From the NCBI GenBank assembly GCA_048270185.1, contig JBLWTJ010000002.1, forward strand, positions 160,001-224,000: a DNA stretch of 64,000 nucleotides, written 5' to 3'. The DNA comes from Bacteriovoracaceae bacterium (GTDB lineage Bacteria > Bdellovibrionota > Bacteriovoracia > Bacteriovoracales > Bacteriovoracaceae). The notes below the pieces were generated by a model. It was not told the origin of the DNA. It saw nothing but the letters and a program-made list of their open reading frames with translations, and ran no database searches. Position 1 is the stretch's first letter, and every line of letters begins with the position of its first letter. The position numbers and the translations under genes were made by a program. This document shows positions 40,368 through 49,661 of this stretch, piece by piece.

Positions 40368-40832
40368 CTAGATCCAACGTCTTACTTGTTTTGTGTATTC
40401 AATATATTCTTGTCCAAATATATCTTTTAGAATTTCTTCTTCAGGCTTTATTTGAAAGTAAGTCATGTAAAGAACAAAGAAAATACAAAAAATTAAAGAA
40501 TAGAAACTTCCAAAAAAGCTACAAATGGCAAGTAGCCACAAAAACATTCCCACATACATCGGGTTTCTAGTATAGGCATAAATACCTGAACGAACGAGGT
40601 GATCCGACTTCTTTGGGTCACGAGGATCGACTGTTGTATTGGCCGAGCGAAAGTTAAGAACACCGATAATTGCAAATAGTGATCCGAAAACAAAGATTGA
40701 AATAGAGATCAATAAACTTAAACTCTTATCTAGTTGATAATTTGGTGTATTTTGAGCTGTGAAGTAAATCGCAACACTAAGTATAATCACTTGAAGAACC
40801 GGTGGTATTTTTAACTTTAAAAAATCTAACAT
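40368..40832 (-). CDS. Isoprenylcysteine carboxylmethyltransferase (PEMT/ICMT) family protein
   Basis: TTVDP, GIYAYTRNPMYVG, QIKPEE..L..IFG.EY..Y...VRRWI. Confidence 0.88.
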   Translation of the reverse strand: MLDFLKLKIPPVLQVIILSVAIYFTAQNTPNYQLDKSLSLLISISIFVFGSLFAIIGVLNFRSANTTVDPRDPKKSDHLVRSGIYAYTRNPMYVGMFLWLLAICSFFGSFYSLIFCIFFVLYMTYFQIKPEEEILKDIFGQEYIEYTKQVRRWI

Positions 40833-40835
40833 GGC

Positions 40836-41249
40836 TTACTCTCCTGACTGTCTATCATAATTTCTAAGACAAACACCTTGGGCCTTCATCATCCCAAGCT
40901 TTTCATAATACGGTATGAGGTCTTCATCACAGAGAAGATCAATCATATATAAATGTGAGAGCTCTACTTTTAGCTTCTCAACTAATTTATTTCCAATACC
41001 CTTACCTTGATATTCAGGAAGAACCTCAAGAAGTGGAATATATGCAGATAAGACTCCATCCGAGATACTGTTAATAAAGCCAATGAGCCTACCATTATCG
41101 TAGGCCAAGACAACTTTATAGCTCCCGTAAAGTAGCTTTTTAAATACTTCAATTGAAGGCGGATTTGGCCAATTAACAAAGAAGCCATCAAGATTTAACT
41201 CATTTAATATACTTAAATCGGTAGTAAAATTCATAAAGATCCATTCCAA
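40836..41249 (-). CDS. GNAT acetyltransferase
   Basis: LEVLPEYQGKGIG, YYEKLG. Confidence 0.88.
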   Translation of the reverse strand: MEWIFMNFTTDLSILNELNLDGFFVNWPNPPSIEVFKKLLYGSYKVVLAYDNGRLIGFINSISDGVLSAYIPLLEVLPEYQGKGIGNKLVEKLKVELSHLYMIDLLCDEDLIPYYEKLGMMKAQGVCLRNYDRQSGE

Positions 41250-41533
41250 CAGTAATGTTATTTATTTATAGAGTATCATATTGAAGCTTAAAGCTCACCG
41301 TATTTTTCAAACTAAATTCCTTTAATTACAATAATTTTAAATGATAGAAAGTTAATGATTCAGTAAACAAATACTATATCCAAAATTCACCACTTGGCGC
41401 TCTACCACTAGCCAAAGAGGATTTAAACAAAAAACCAAGGAGAAATAAACGACAAATTAATAATCAAGGATTGTGCTAAAGCTCACGATATAAGTAAGGC
41501 TAAAATTAGAGTATAAATAAAAAGGTATTTGTT

Positions 41534-43645
41534 ATGGATTTGAAAAATCTTTCTTAAAAAAAGAAACTCATTATCGGATTTTTGTCAGCAGGGTTAATTC
41601 CATCATTGGTAATTACCGCCGTCGTCATCGGACAAGTAACAAGTGCACTGCAAACTGAAGCCGAAGAAAAACTTCTAGCGGTAAGAGAAGCTAAAGGATT
41701 TCAATTAGAAGAGTTATATGCAACGATGTCTGGTCAAGTATCTTCACTTGCACAAAATAATTCGACATTAGAAGCTTCTAAAAGTTTCATATCGGCTTTC
41801 ACTTCATATGAGTATGAGAGTAAAAAGGATATTAATCTAGCAAAATCCACTCTTACGAGTTTTTATGAAAATGGATTCGGAAAAAAGTTTAATGAAGAAA
41901 ATATTGGACAAAGATTTGATCGTGCAAGTGATCTTGTAAGCTCACTTAATAAGAATAAACTACTGCTTCAAGATGCTTTTATTAGTAGTAATTCAAAACC
42001 ACTAGGAGCAAAAGATCAACTCTACGGCCTAGATGATCAATCAACATATTCAAATGTACACAAAAAGTATCATCCCTCTTTTCAAACTTACCTAAATAAA
42101 TTTGGCTATTATGATATTTTTATAGCCGATGCAAAGTCAGGAGATATTATCTACTCAGTTTTTAAAGAAATTGATTTTGCTACAAATTTGAGAAATGGAA
42201 TGTTTGCAGGATCTGGAATTGGGGAAGTATATAAAAGAGCAATTAACGCAAAATCAAAAGATGACTTCTTTGGCATTATGACAAAGCTAGGAGTCAGGAC
42301 AGAACAAATAAACTACATGAAGTCCAAGAAAACATCGGCCCTTGCTGTAGAAATTAATTCAAAAGGAGCAAATGCCACAATTCAAGGTAAAACAGGGTTT
42401 GATATTTTTCCAGATTATCGTGATGTCACTGTTCTAAGTGCTTATCGTCCACTTAAGATTGAGGGCCGAGATTGGTATATTCTTAGTGAAATGGATGAAA
42501 GCGAGGCACTGTCATCTCTCTATACGGTTGAAAAATTAATCTTCACTCTAATTGTAATTTCTAGTATTGCTATTTTCGCTCTTGCTCTAGTATTTGCAAG
42601 GAGAATTGCATCAACTCTCGTTAGACTTGCAGATAACTTAATGGATGGATCAAAGAATGTTCTAGAATCAGCTAATGCACTCTCTCATAGTTCGACGAGC
42701 TTATCTGCGGCCACAGAAGAACAAGCGGCCAGTTTACAAGAAACCTCAGCATCTATCACTGAGATTTCTGCCATGATTGAGAAGAATTCACAAAACTCAG
42801 ACTCAACGAAGTCTCTTTCAGAAGAAAGTAAGGCCAAAGCTGAAGAAGGTAAACGATACGTTAGTAGCGTGAAGTCTAAAATCGAAAATATTCATAAAAA
42901 TAATGATGACCTCGTTAAGAATGTTGAAGAAAGTAACACTGAGATTGAAAACGTGACGAAGATTATCGAAGAGATCTCGGAGAAGACTAGAGTTATTAAC
43001 GATATTGTCTTCCAAACTAAACTACTCTCTTTTAATGCATCAGTAGAAGCTGCACGAGCAGGAGAACATGGAAAAGGTTTTGCCGTTGTAGCAGAGGAGA
43101 TCGGAGGTCTTGCATCAATGAGTGGTAAAGCAGCTCAAGAGATTACAGATATTCTTGGTCAAAGTATTTCACAAGTTCATGCTACGGTAGAAAACTCTAA
43201 GTCAAAAATGGCAAATTCGATTGAAGTGGGTAAGAAATCTGTTGAAGAGAGTTTGAATGAAATAAAAGTTTGTGATCAAGTTCTGTCTGAAATATTAGAG
43301 AGTTTTACAAAAGTTGACCAATCAGTTGAAGAAATTGCGGCTTCATCCTCAGAGCAATCTGCAGGAGTCAATGAGATTACAACGGCCATCCAGCAGCTTG
43401 ATACTGTAACTCAGCAGAACACAACTATCGCCCATACATCATCATCAAAAGCAAATGAACTAAAGACACAATCAAATATGCTTTCACAAATTGAAGAGGA
43501 TATTCAAATGATCGTATTTGGGCAAAAGCAATCAGTAAGTCCAAGAACTAAGTCTCAAGCGCAAGCACCACTGAAGCAAAAGCTCGCGCTAGTAAATGAT
43601 GATAGTATTCATCCTGAAGACTCACGTTTTAAAGAGGTGATCTAG
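41534..43645 (+). pseudogene. Methyl-accepting chemotaxis protein with in-frame stop at codon 8 (possible restart at TTG 41582)
   Basis: ATG at 41534 reads [22 protein letters not shown] in one frame, TAA at 41555-41557; MCP signature [29 protein letters not shown]. Confidence 0.7.
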
Positions 43646-44076
43646 CTAGATAAATAATTAATTGTATTTGTTAAATCTGTCTTTTGCATGACACCACTTT
43701 GAGAATTTATTAGTTGATTATTTTTAAAGAATAAAGTGGTTGGAATACCGCGAATACCAAATTTAACAGAAATCATTGGGTGCTTTTCAGTATCAATCTT
43801 ATAGAATTCGGCCTTCTGCCATAACTCTTGGGCCACTTCACTAAAAAGTGGTCCATACATTTTACATGGGCCACACCAGTCAGCATATGCATCAACAACA
43901 ACGGGTAGCTGAGCATGAGAAATTATCTTTTCTAGCTTATCAAAACTAATACTTTGAACTTTTGCACTAGTATCTAAATCAATTGAGCACTTACCACAGA
44001 CAACGGCCTTATCTGAAAGTTTAGATACCTCGACTCGATTGATAGCACCACATGTACAGAGAATAATCTTTTTCAC
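43642..44076 (-). CDS. trxC: Thioredoxin 2 (TrxC-like)
   Basis: N-terminal CTCG..NRV...CGKC and WCGPC. Confidence 0.85.
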   Translation of the reverse strand: MKKIILCTCGAINRVEVSKLSDKAVVCGKCSIDLDTSAKVQSISFDKLEKIISHAQLPVVVDAYADWCGPCKMYGPLFSEVAQELWQKAEFYKIDTEKHPMISVKFGIRGIPTTLFFKNNQLINSQSGVMQKTDLTNTINYLSS

Positions 44077-44444
44077 TTTGACTCCTTCTTCAGTAAACTA
44101 GCAACAGTTCCAATACCTCCACCATTGATTATATTCTTATAACCTAGTCTTAATAAATGTAATCTGGCCATGGCAGATCGAGAACCGGAAGCGCAGTAAA
44201 CAATAATCGATCTTTTCTTATCAATTAAGGGTAAACCTGCAACTAACTTACCTACTGGTATATTGATGGATTCTGGAATTGAATAATTTTCAAACTCAGC
44301 TTCACTCCTCACATCAACAAGTTGGTAACTCGTTGTTGCTAGAGCTTTTCTTAATAACTTCCTTCCACTTATAAAGCGAATTACACGCCAAATAATGAAG
44401 GTAGCAAGAATTATAAATGGTATATTATTCTTTATAATTTCCAT
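44073..44444 (-). CDS. Membrane-anchored rhodanese domain protein
   Basis: VDVRS..EF....IP.SINIP, VYCASGSRS. Confidence 0.9.
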   Translation of the reverse strand: MEIIKNNIPFIILATFIIWRVIRFISGRKLLRKALATTSYQLVDVRSEAEFENYSIPESINIPVGKLVAGLPLIDKKRSIIVYCASGSRSAMARLHLLRLGYKNIINGGGIGTVASLLKKESK

Positions 44445-44480
44445 ACCCTATTACTTTAGTGACATATTTTATATAAATCT

Positions 44481-44494
44481 TTGATGGGGATCAA
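44481..44494. promoter_or_regulatory. FNR/Crp-type box
   Basis: Perfect TTGAT-gggg-ATCAA upstream of the rhodanese gene. Confidence 0.65.
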
Positions 44495-44535
44495 ACTTTA
44501 GTAAATATATTTATATAAAAAAGAGCCAAACAGAA

Positions 44536-45507
44536 TCAAAGAGAGTTAGTTAAGTCTTTGTTTTCAAAGTACTCTAAAAGATTTAATACCGTCGTCTCTC
44601 CAATCGAGTTTAAAGCCTCTCGAGTAAAGAAACCTTGATGGGAAGTAATCAAGACATTTGGGAAACTTAGAAGCCTGGCAAGATCATCATCTTGCATAAT
44701 AAAGTCAGAGTGATCCTCAAAGAAATAAAACTCCTCCTCTTCATAGACATCTAATCCTGCCGCACCAATCTTACCTGATTTTAGGCCATTAATTAGGGCC
44801 TTTGAATCCACAAGTCCACCGCGACTTGTATTTATTAAGAAGACTCCTTCTTTCATTTTAGAAATGGCCTTCTCATCAATGATATGATGTGTTTCCTTAT
44901 TAAGTGGTATATGAAGAGAAATAATATCGCTATCTTTTAGAATTTTATCGAGAGAAACGTAGTTAATGTCCTCATTTTCAATTTTGTCATAAGCAATAAC
45001 CTTACAGCCAAAACCATTCATGATATTTACAAATTTTTGACCAATCTTACCAGTTCCAATAACACCGACAGTCTTTCCATATAAATCAAACCCCATTAGG
45101 CCATCGAGGCGAAAATTCCCTTCCCTAACACGATTGTGGGCGCGGTGTATTTTTCGATTTAAAGTTTGAAGAAGTGCAACAGAGTGTTCAGCAATGGCAT
45201 AAGGAGAATACTCAGGAACACGTACGACACTAATACCAAGCTCTTTTGCCGCTTTTATGTCCACATTATTAAACCCAGCACACCTAAGCGCAACAATTCC
45301 GATACCATATTCTTTTATTGTTTCTAAAACTTCACGACAAACTTTATCATTAGTAAAAACACAGATTGCATCATGCCCATAGGCCAGACCTATTGTTTTT
45401 ACACTAAGTCTTGTTTCAAAGAAACTAAAGTTCAAATTGTTCTTTGAACCTAATTGAGTAAATAGCTTTTTTTCAAATTCGTGGGCATCGAAGAATGCAA
45501 TTTTCAT
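44536..45507 (-). CDS. ldhA: D-lactate dehydrogenase / D-2-hydroxyacid dehydrogenase
   Basis: ALRCAGFNNVD, RVPEYSPYAIAEH, GTGKIG, INTSRG, GLDVYEEE, ITSHQGF. Confidence 0.88.
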   Translation of the reverse strand: MKIAFFDAHEFEKKLFTQLGSKNNLNFSFFETRLSVKTIGLAYGHDAICVFTNDKVCREVLETIKEYGIGIVALRCAGFNNVDIKAAKELGISVVRVPEYSPYAIAEHSVALLQTLNRKIHRAHNRVREGNFRLDGLMGFDLYGKTVGVIGTGKIGQKFVNIMNGFGCKVIAYDKIENEDINYVSLDKILKDSDIISLHIPLNKETHHIIDEKAISKMKEGVFLINTSRGGLVDSKALINGLKSGKIGAAGLDVYEEEEFYFFEDHSDFIMQDDDLARLLSFPNVLITSHQGFFTREALNSIGETTVLNLLEYFENKDLTNSL

Positions 45508-45524
45508 TAGTCATTTCCTATTAA

Positions 45525-46787
45525 TTAATGAAAGACGATATAAAGACAAGCAACAAAAGAGAGCAAGCACTCTGTGATACTTAAATCTTTAATCCTTCCA
45601 GATAAAATATATAAAGTTGTATGAACAAGTAATCCCCACATTATTCCTGAAGTTATTGAGAAAGTTAGTGGAATTAAGATAATACACATAAATGCGGGGA
45701 TCATCTCTTCAAATTTTTCAAAGTTAATCAATGTAATATTTTTAAACATTAATATACCCACAAAAATTAAAACAGGAGCAGTTGCATAGCCAGGGATTGA
45801 TTGTGCAAATGGAGATAAGAATAGAAATGGCAAGAAGCATAAAGCTGTTACAACTGAAGTAAGCCCAGTTCTTCCTCCGACACTGACTCCAGCAGAACTC
45901 TCAACGAATGTTGTCGTTGTTGAGGTTCCCAAAAAAGCTGAGAACAAAGTTGCAAATGCATCAACAGTTAAGGCCTGTTTCATATTCTTTATCTCACCTT
46001 TTTCATTCTTTAAGTTTGCTGTTTCTGCTACTCCGATAAAAGTTGAAAGAGAATCAAATAAGTCAGTCATCATAAGGGTGAGGATACTTGGTATATAAGC
46101 GATTTTTAAGGCACCGATGATATCTGCTTGCATGATATAACTAAAATCTGGGCTTGAAAAAAAACTGGTTGGCATTGAGGACTTGCCAAAAAAGGCTCCA
46201 AAAATCCACGTAAAAAAGATTCCAATCAATAAGCTTCCGGGAATGTTTTTGTTAAAGAGAATAACTGTTAATAAGAGTCCCACAAGTACAGCTACGCCTT
46301 CGATAGATAAAGGTGCTGATTGAACCAAAGTAACCGGATGATCGATAATTATTCCAGTATTCTTTAAGCCGATAAAAGCGAGAAATAAACCAATCCCTAC
46401 GGCCATGGCCATACGTAGATTCTTAGGAATCGATTTTACTAATTTTTCTCTAAAAGGAGTCACGGATAATAAAACAAAGACCACACCAGACCAAAATACT
46501 AAACCGAGGGCCTGTTGCCATGGTATTTTCTGATCTAAAATTAAGGTGTATGTAAAAAAAGCATTAAGTCCCATTCCTGGAGCTAAGGCAAATGGAAGTT
46601 TAGCGACAAGCCCCATTAAGAGTGTTGCAAGAAAACTTGCAAGTATCGTTCCTGTCATAACGCCCGAAAAAGACATTCCTGTACCGTCAGATGAAAGAAT
46701 GAGTGGATTAACAAAGATAATATAACTCATTGTCAGGAAGGTCGTAATACCGGCCAGTACTTCAGTGCGTGTACTTGTTCTTTCCAT
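45525..46787 (-). CDS. NCS2/AzgA-type purine permease
   Basis: EVLAGITTFLTMSYIIFVNP, APGMGLNAFF, ESSAGVSVGGRTGLT; ggag RBS before the ATG at 46787. Confidence 0.92.
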   Translation of the reverse strand: MERTSTRTEVLAGITTFLTMSYIIFVNPLILSSDGTGMSFSGVMTGTILASFLATLLMGLVAKLPFALAPGMGLNAFFTYTLILDQKIPWQQALGLVFWSGVVFVLLSVTPFREKLVKSIPKNLRMAMAVGIGLFLAFIGLKNTGIIIDHPVTLVQSAPLSIEGVAVLVGLLLTVILFNKNIPGSLLIGIFFTWIFGAFFGKSSMPTSFFSSPDFSYIMQADIIGALKIAYIPSILTLMMTDLFDSLSTFIGVAETANLKNEKGEIKNMKQALTVDAFATLFSAFLGTSTTTTFVESSAGVSVGGRTGLTSVVTALCFLPFLFLSPFAQSIPGYATAPVLIFVGILMFKNITLINFEKFEEMIPAFMCIILIPLTFSITSGIMWGLLVHTTLYILSGRIKDLSITECLLSFVACLYIVFH

Positions 46788-46833
46788 CAAAATCTCCAAG
46801 AAGGTAATTCTGGATTATTTTATCATTCTAAAC

Positions 46834-46925
46834 AAAAAACTACCATGCTCTATTAGAGATACAGTAACATAGTAAAATAAGTGAAAGTCGACTCACGGCC
46901 CACGGTCCTCCATCTTACTTTGAAT
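46834..46925 (-). promoter_or_regulatory. Candidate attenuator or riboswitch leader of the permease
   Basis: GC-rich block containing uORF MEDRGP* (46913-46893), then hairpin (46874-46841) and U tract. Confidence 0.45.
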
Positions 46926-47063
46926 TTCGAAGGTTATAACAGGTTCATCCTGCAATAAAAAATATATTAATAAAATGATAATAATCTAATTATTTAAGAA
47001 AAGTTTAACCTTTTACATTATGAATTACGTTACAATAAAAGCGTTAACAAACTGGAGTTAATC

Positions 47064-47258
47064 ATGAGTCAAAACGAAGGCGGCCTTGATCGCACCCTTA
47101 GAATCATCCTCGGAATTGGTCTCTTAATGCTGGCCTTTATTGGTCCAAAGACGGCCTGGGGCTATATTGGAATAATTCCTATTATCACAGGCCTCATGGG
47201 TTGGTGTCCACTCTACTCTATTCTTGGAATGAACACCTGCTCGACAAAGAAGCTTTAA
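47064..47258 (+). CDS. DUF2892 (YgaP-like) membrane protein
   Basis: NEGGLDRTLRIILG...GWCPLYSILGMNTC. Confidence 0.9.
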   Translation: MSQNEGGLDRTLRIILGIGLLMLAFIGPKTAWGYIGIIPIITGLMGWCPLYSILGMNTCSTKKL

Positions 47259-47261
47259 GAA

Positions 47262-47786
47262 TTAAGACTCAAAGTTGATATTAACTTCAACCTTTGTTCC
47301 GTCTTTGCTTTCAAGATGAATGTAGACCTCATCTTCCCCCACTTTCTTACCTTCAACTTTTAATTTTTTATCTTCTTTTTTCTTAAGAGCTGAAACCAGT
47401 GAGATAATTTTTGAATCAAAATTATTTTCAATAACAACGTGATCTTCGTTTACTTCAAGGACAAGGTCTTTTTTGACTTTAATAAGATTGGCCTTGCCAT
47501 CAACAAGGATCTTTCCATTATCAACATTGACCATTTCAGAATCGCCATCAACTTTAACGATATCGCCAACCTTAACCGAGTTATTCTTTCCATCAACCGC
47601 AACAAGATCACCTAGGATATTAACTTTCTGATCTTTTTCGTTGATTTTAATTGCACCCCAAAAAAGAGAAAGGTTTGTTTTCCCATTCTCATCTTTGTCA
47701 TAGCTAAACGATGTATATGTAACAACACCAAGTAGAACAATTACAACTAATGCAATAATACCAACAGTACTTAGAAAGCTTCCCAT
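47262..47786 (-). CDS. Hypothetical membrane-anchored protein
   Basis: N-terminal TM; repetitive V/D/G/K beta-hairpins. Confidence 0.6.
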   Translation of the reverse strand: MGSFLSTVGIIALVVIVLLGVVTYTSFSYDKDENGKTNLSLFWGAIKINEKDQKVNILGDLVAVDGKNNSVKVGDIVKVDGDSEMVNVDNGKILVDGKANLIKVKKDLVLEVNEDHVVIENNFDSKIISLVSALKKKEDKKLKVEGKKVGEDEVYIHLESKDGTKVEVNINFES

Positions 47787-47894
47787 AACCTATCCTTATA
47801 AATGATTAAATTACCGATTTTTAACAATAAAAGGACTCAATTAAAATAGTTTTGAATGGAGGTTGTATTAATTACTTATAGTAAGGCCACTTCA

Positions 47895-48626
47895 CTACAG
47901 AAGTGGCTTAAGTTTTACTTGTTCAAGAACTTCATCAATCACTTTCTGGATGCCATCCTGATTGACACTACCATAACGGCTATAATCTTTTGGCGTTAGG
48001 ACGTGATTGAAACTAAGCTTTGTATCCTTAGTCTTTGTCTCAATACTTTCAAATGACATTTTCTTAACCGCGAAATTAAATGTCACATCCATATCTTCTT
48101 CAACCATTTTAAACTGAAGACTCATCTTTTGAATACTAGTCCAATCTTTTGATGATGGTGGAACGACGGCCGCTTCAATGAAGCCTTTCTTATTTTTAAA
48201 GTTCTTAAGCTTAAAGCGATAGAATTGCTCAAAGACTTCCACAAAGTCAGTAATGACTTTCTTTGGTAAAATATTTAGCTGCATCAAACCACCACCAAAT
48301 GGATCACTTGCATCACCACAGATAATGTAGAGACTTCCCGTTGATTCTGTAATTTGGCAGTCTTGTGCTAATTTGAAATCAAAATCAACTTGATCACCAC
48401 TTGCGTAATCGACACTTTCAAGAACAGTGATCCCCGACTCATCCTTGACCTTTACTTTCTTGGCAGCACAGAAACATAGTTGAACTTTGATATTGGATAG
48501 ATCAACTGAATCACCGCTGTGATTGACAATATTTAATTGGCCCTTCACATGATCACCTTGTGACCAAGTTTCGCCGTCAATATTTAAATTAAATTCTAGT
48601 GGTTTAAAAAAAAATGTAGCTTTCAT
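47895..48626 (-). CDS. Hypothetical protein, possibly Spo0M/arrestin-like
   Basis: N-terminal WSQGDHVKGQLNI beta pattern; weak similarity only. Confidence 0.45.
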   Translation of the reverse strand: MKATFFFKPLEFNLNIDGETWSQGDHVKGQLNIVNHSGDSVDLSNIKVQLCFCAAKKVKVKDESGITVLESVDYASGDQVDFDFKLAQDCQITESTGSLYIICGDASDPFGGGLMQLNILPKKVITDFVEVFEQFYRFKLKNFKNKKGFIEAAVVPPSSKDWTSIQKMSLQFKMVEEDMDVTFNFAVKKMSFESIETKTKDTKLSFNHVLTPKDYSRYGSVNQDGIQKVIDEVLEQVKLKPLL

Positions 48627-48664
48627 GCCCTACACTTTAATTGATTTTTAAAGATGTGGAAAGC

Positions 48665-49513
48665 TTAGTAACCGTACTCTTTTAATAAATTCTTAATGAA
48701 GCCAGTCTTAAGGGCAAACTCAAGAGGGTGTTTCTCATCAAGCGACAGTGATCGCCCACAACCTTCATTAGCATAATCAGGAAAATTCTTCGTTCCACCA
48801 AGTAGGATTCCTTCTAACTCTCCATCATTATTAACAATAGCACTCCCCTTTGTTTCACCTGAAATATCACTTGAGACAAGAAAGTGACGATCACTAAAAT
48901 TTTCAGCGAAAGCATTTGGTGCAATCTTCATAGGCATCCCACGCTGATGGCCGATGGCCGTAAGCTCAGGACCTACGAGGTTTGAGTTATCACTAATCTC
49001 AATAGGCTCTCTATCTTTAACCACCTTATTAAGACGAATAAGCATATAACTTAAAGACTCAGATGGATCGTGGACATGCTTTAAAATCTCTTTACACTTA
49101 TAGTAACCACGAGAGCGCCACTTTTCATTAATTACACCAGGTGTATCCACATGGTAATCAAACATCCAATAGTAGAGGTCATTATTACAATAGTGTTGAG
49201 TTAAGCAGCTTCCCATTGTGAGAAGAATATCTGGAGCGACGAGAACTCCGGAACAATTACTTCGAGTTGTTGGCTGATCAGAGAATCTTTCATCAGAGCA
49301 AACACCTCTTTCTCCAAGAGGATAGTTGAGCATTTTCCAAAAGCGTGCAAAAGTAATTCCTCGAAGCCAAGGTCTATCGACCTGGTAAGCAACAGCACTT
49401 GCAGCTTGCTTTACTTTTTCATTTTGAATTTGATGGTATTCGATACGATCATCACTTCCGTAATGAGCTAGAGTTGATAAAGAAATCAGAAGTAGTGCCG
49501 TTAATTTTATCAT
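48665..49513 (-). CDS. Secreted trypsin-fold protein, catalytic His and Ser absent
   Basis: YGSDDR, CSGVLVAPDILLTMGSC, GHQRGMPMKIA, DISGETKGSAI. Confidence 0.75.
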   Translation of the reverse strand: MIKLTALLLISLSTLAHYGSDDRIEYHQIQNEKVKQAASAVAYQVDRPWLRGITFARFWKMLNYPLGERGVCSDERFSDQPTTRSNCSGVLVAPDILLTMGSCLTQHYCNNDLYYWMFDYHVDTPGVINEKWRSRGYYKCKEILKHVHDPSESLSYMLIRLNKVVKDREPIEISDNSNLVGPELTAIGHQRGMPMKIAPNAFAENFSDRHFLVSSDISGETKGSAIVNNDGELEGILLGGTKNFPDYANEGCGRSLSLDEKHPLEFALKTGFIKNLLKEYGY

Positions 49514-49661
49514 TTTTAAATGTTAGCGAACTAAATATGGGTTGTGTAGTAATAATCAGCGCATGCGCGCAGCGCCAATTTTGACACTTTTCAAGACTCC
49601 CCTTTAACTTACATTCCTACGTGCTACAATCAGCTATTGGTGTATAAATTAGGGAGTATAC

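Noticed and set aside
39332..41249. Microcin C immunity cluster (MccF-like + GNAT)
   Set aside because: S66 peptidases and GNATs are widespread and no mcc biosynthesis genes are nearby
46860..46940. Canonical purine riboswitch upstream of the NCS2 permease
   Set aside because: TATAA and CCGTGA..GACT fragments are present, but the GTTTCTAC junction and P2/P3 stems are not
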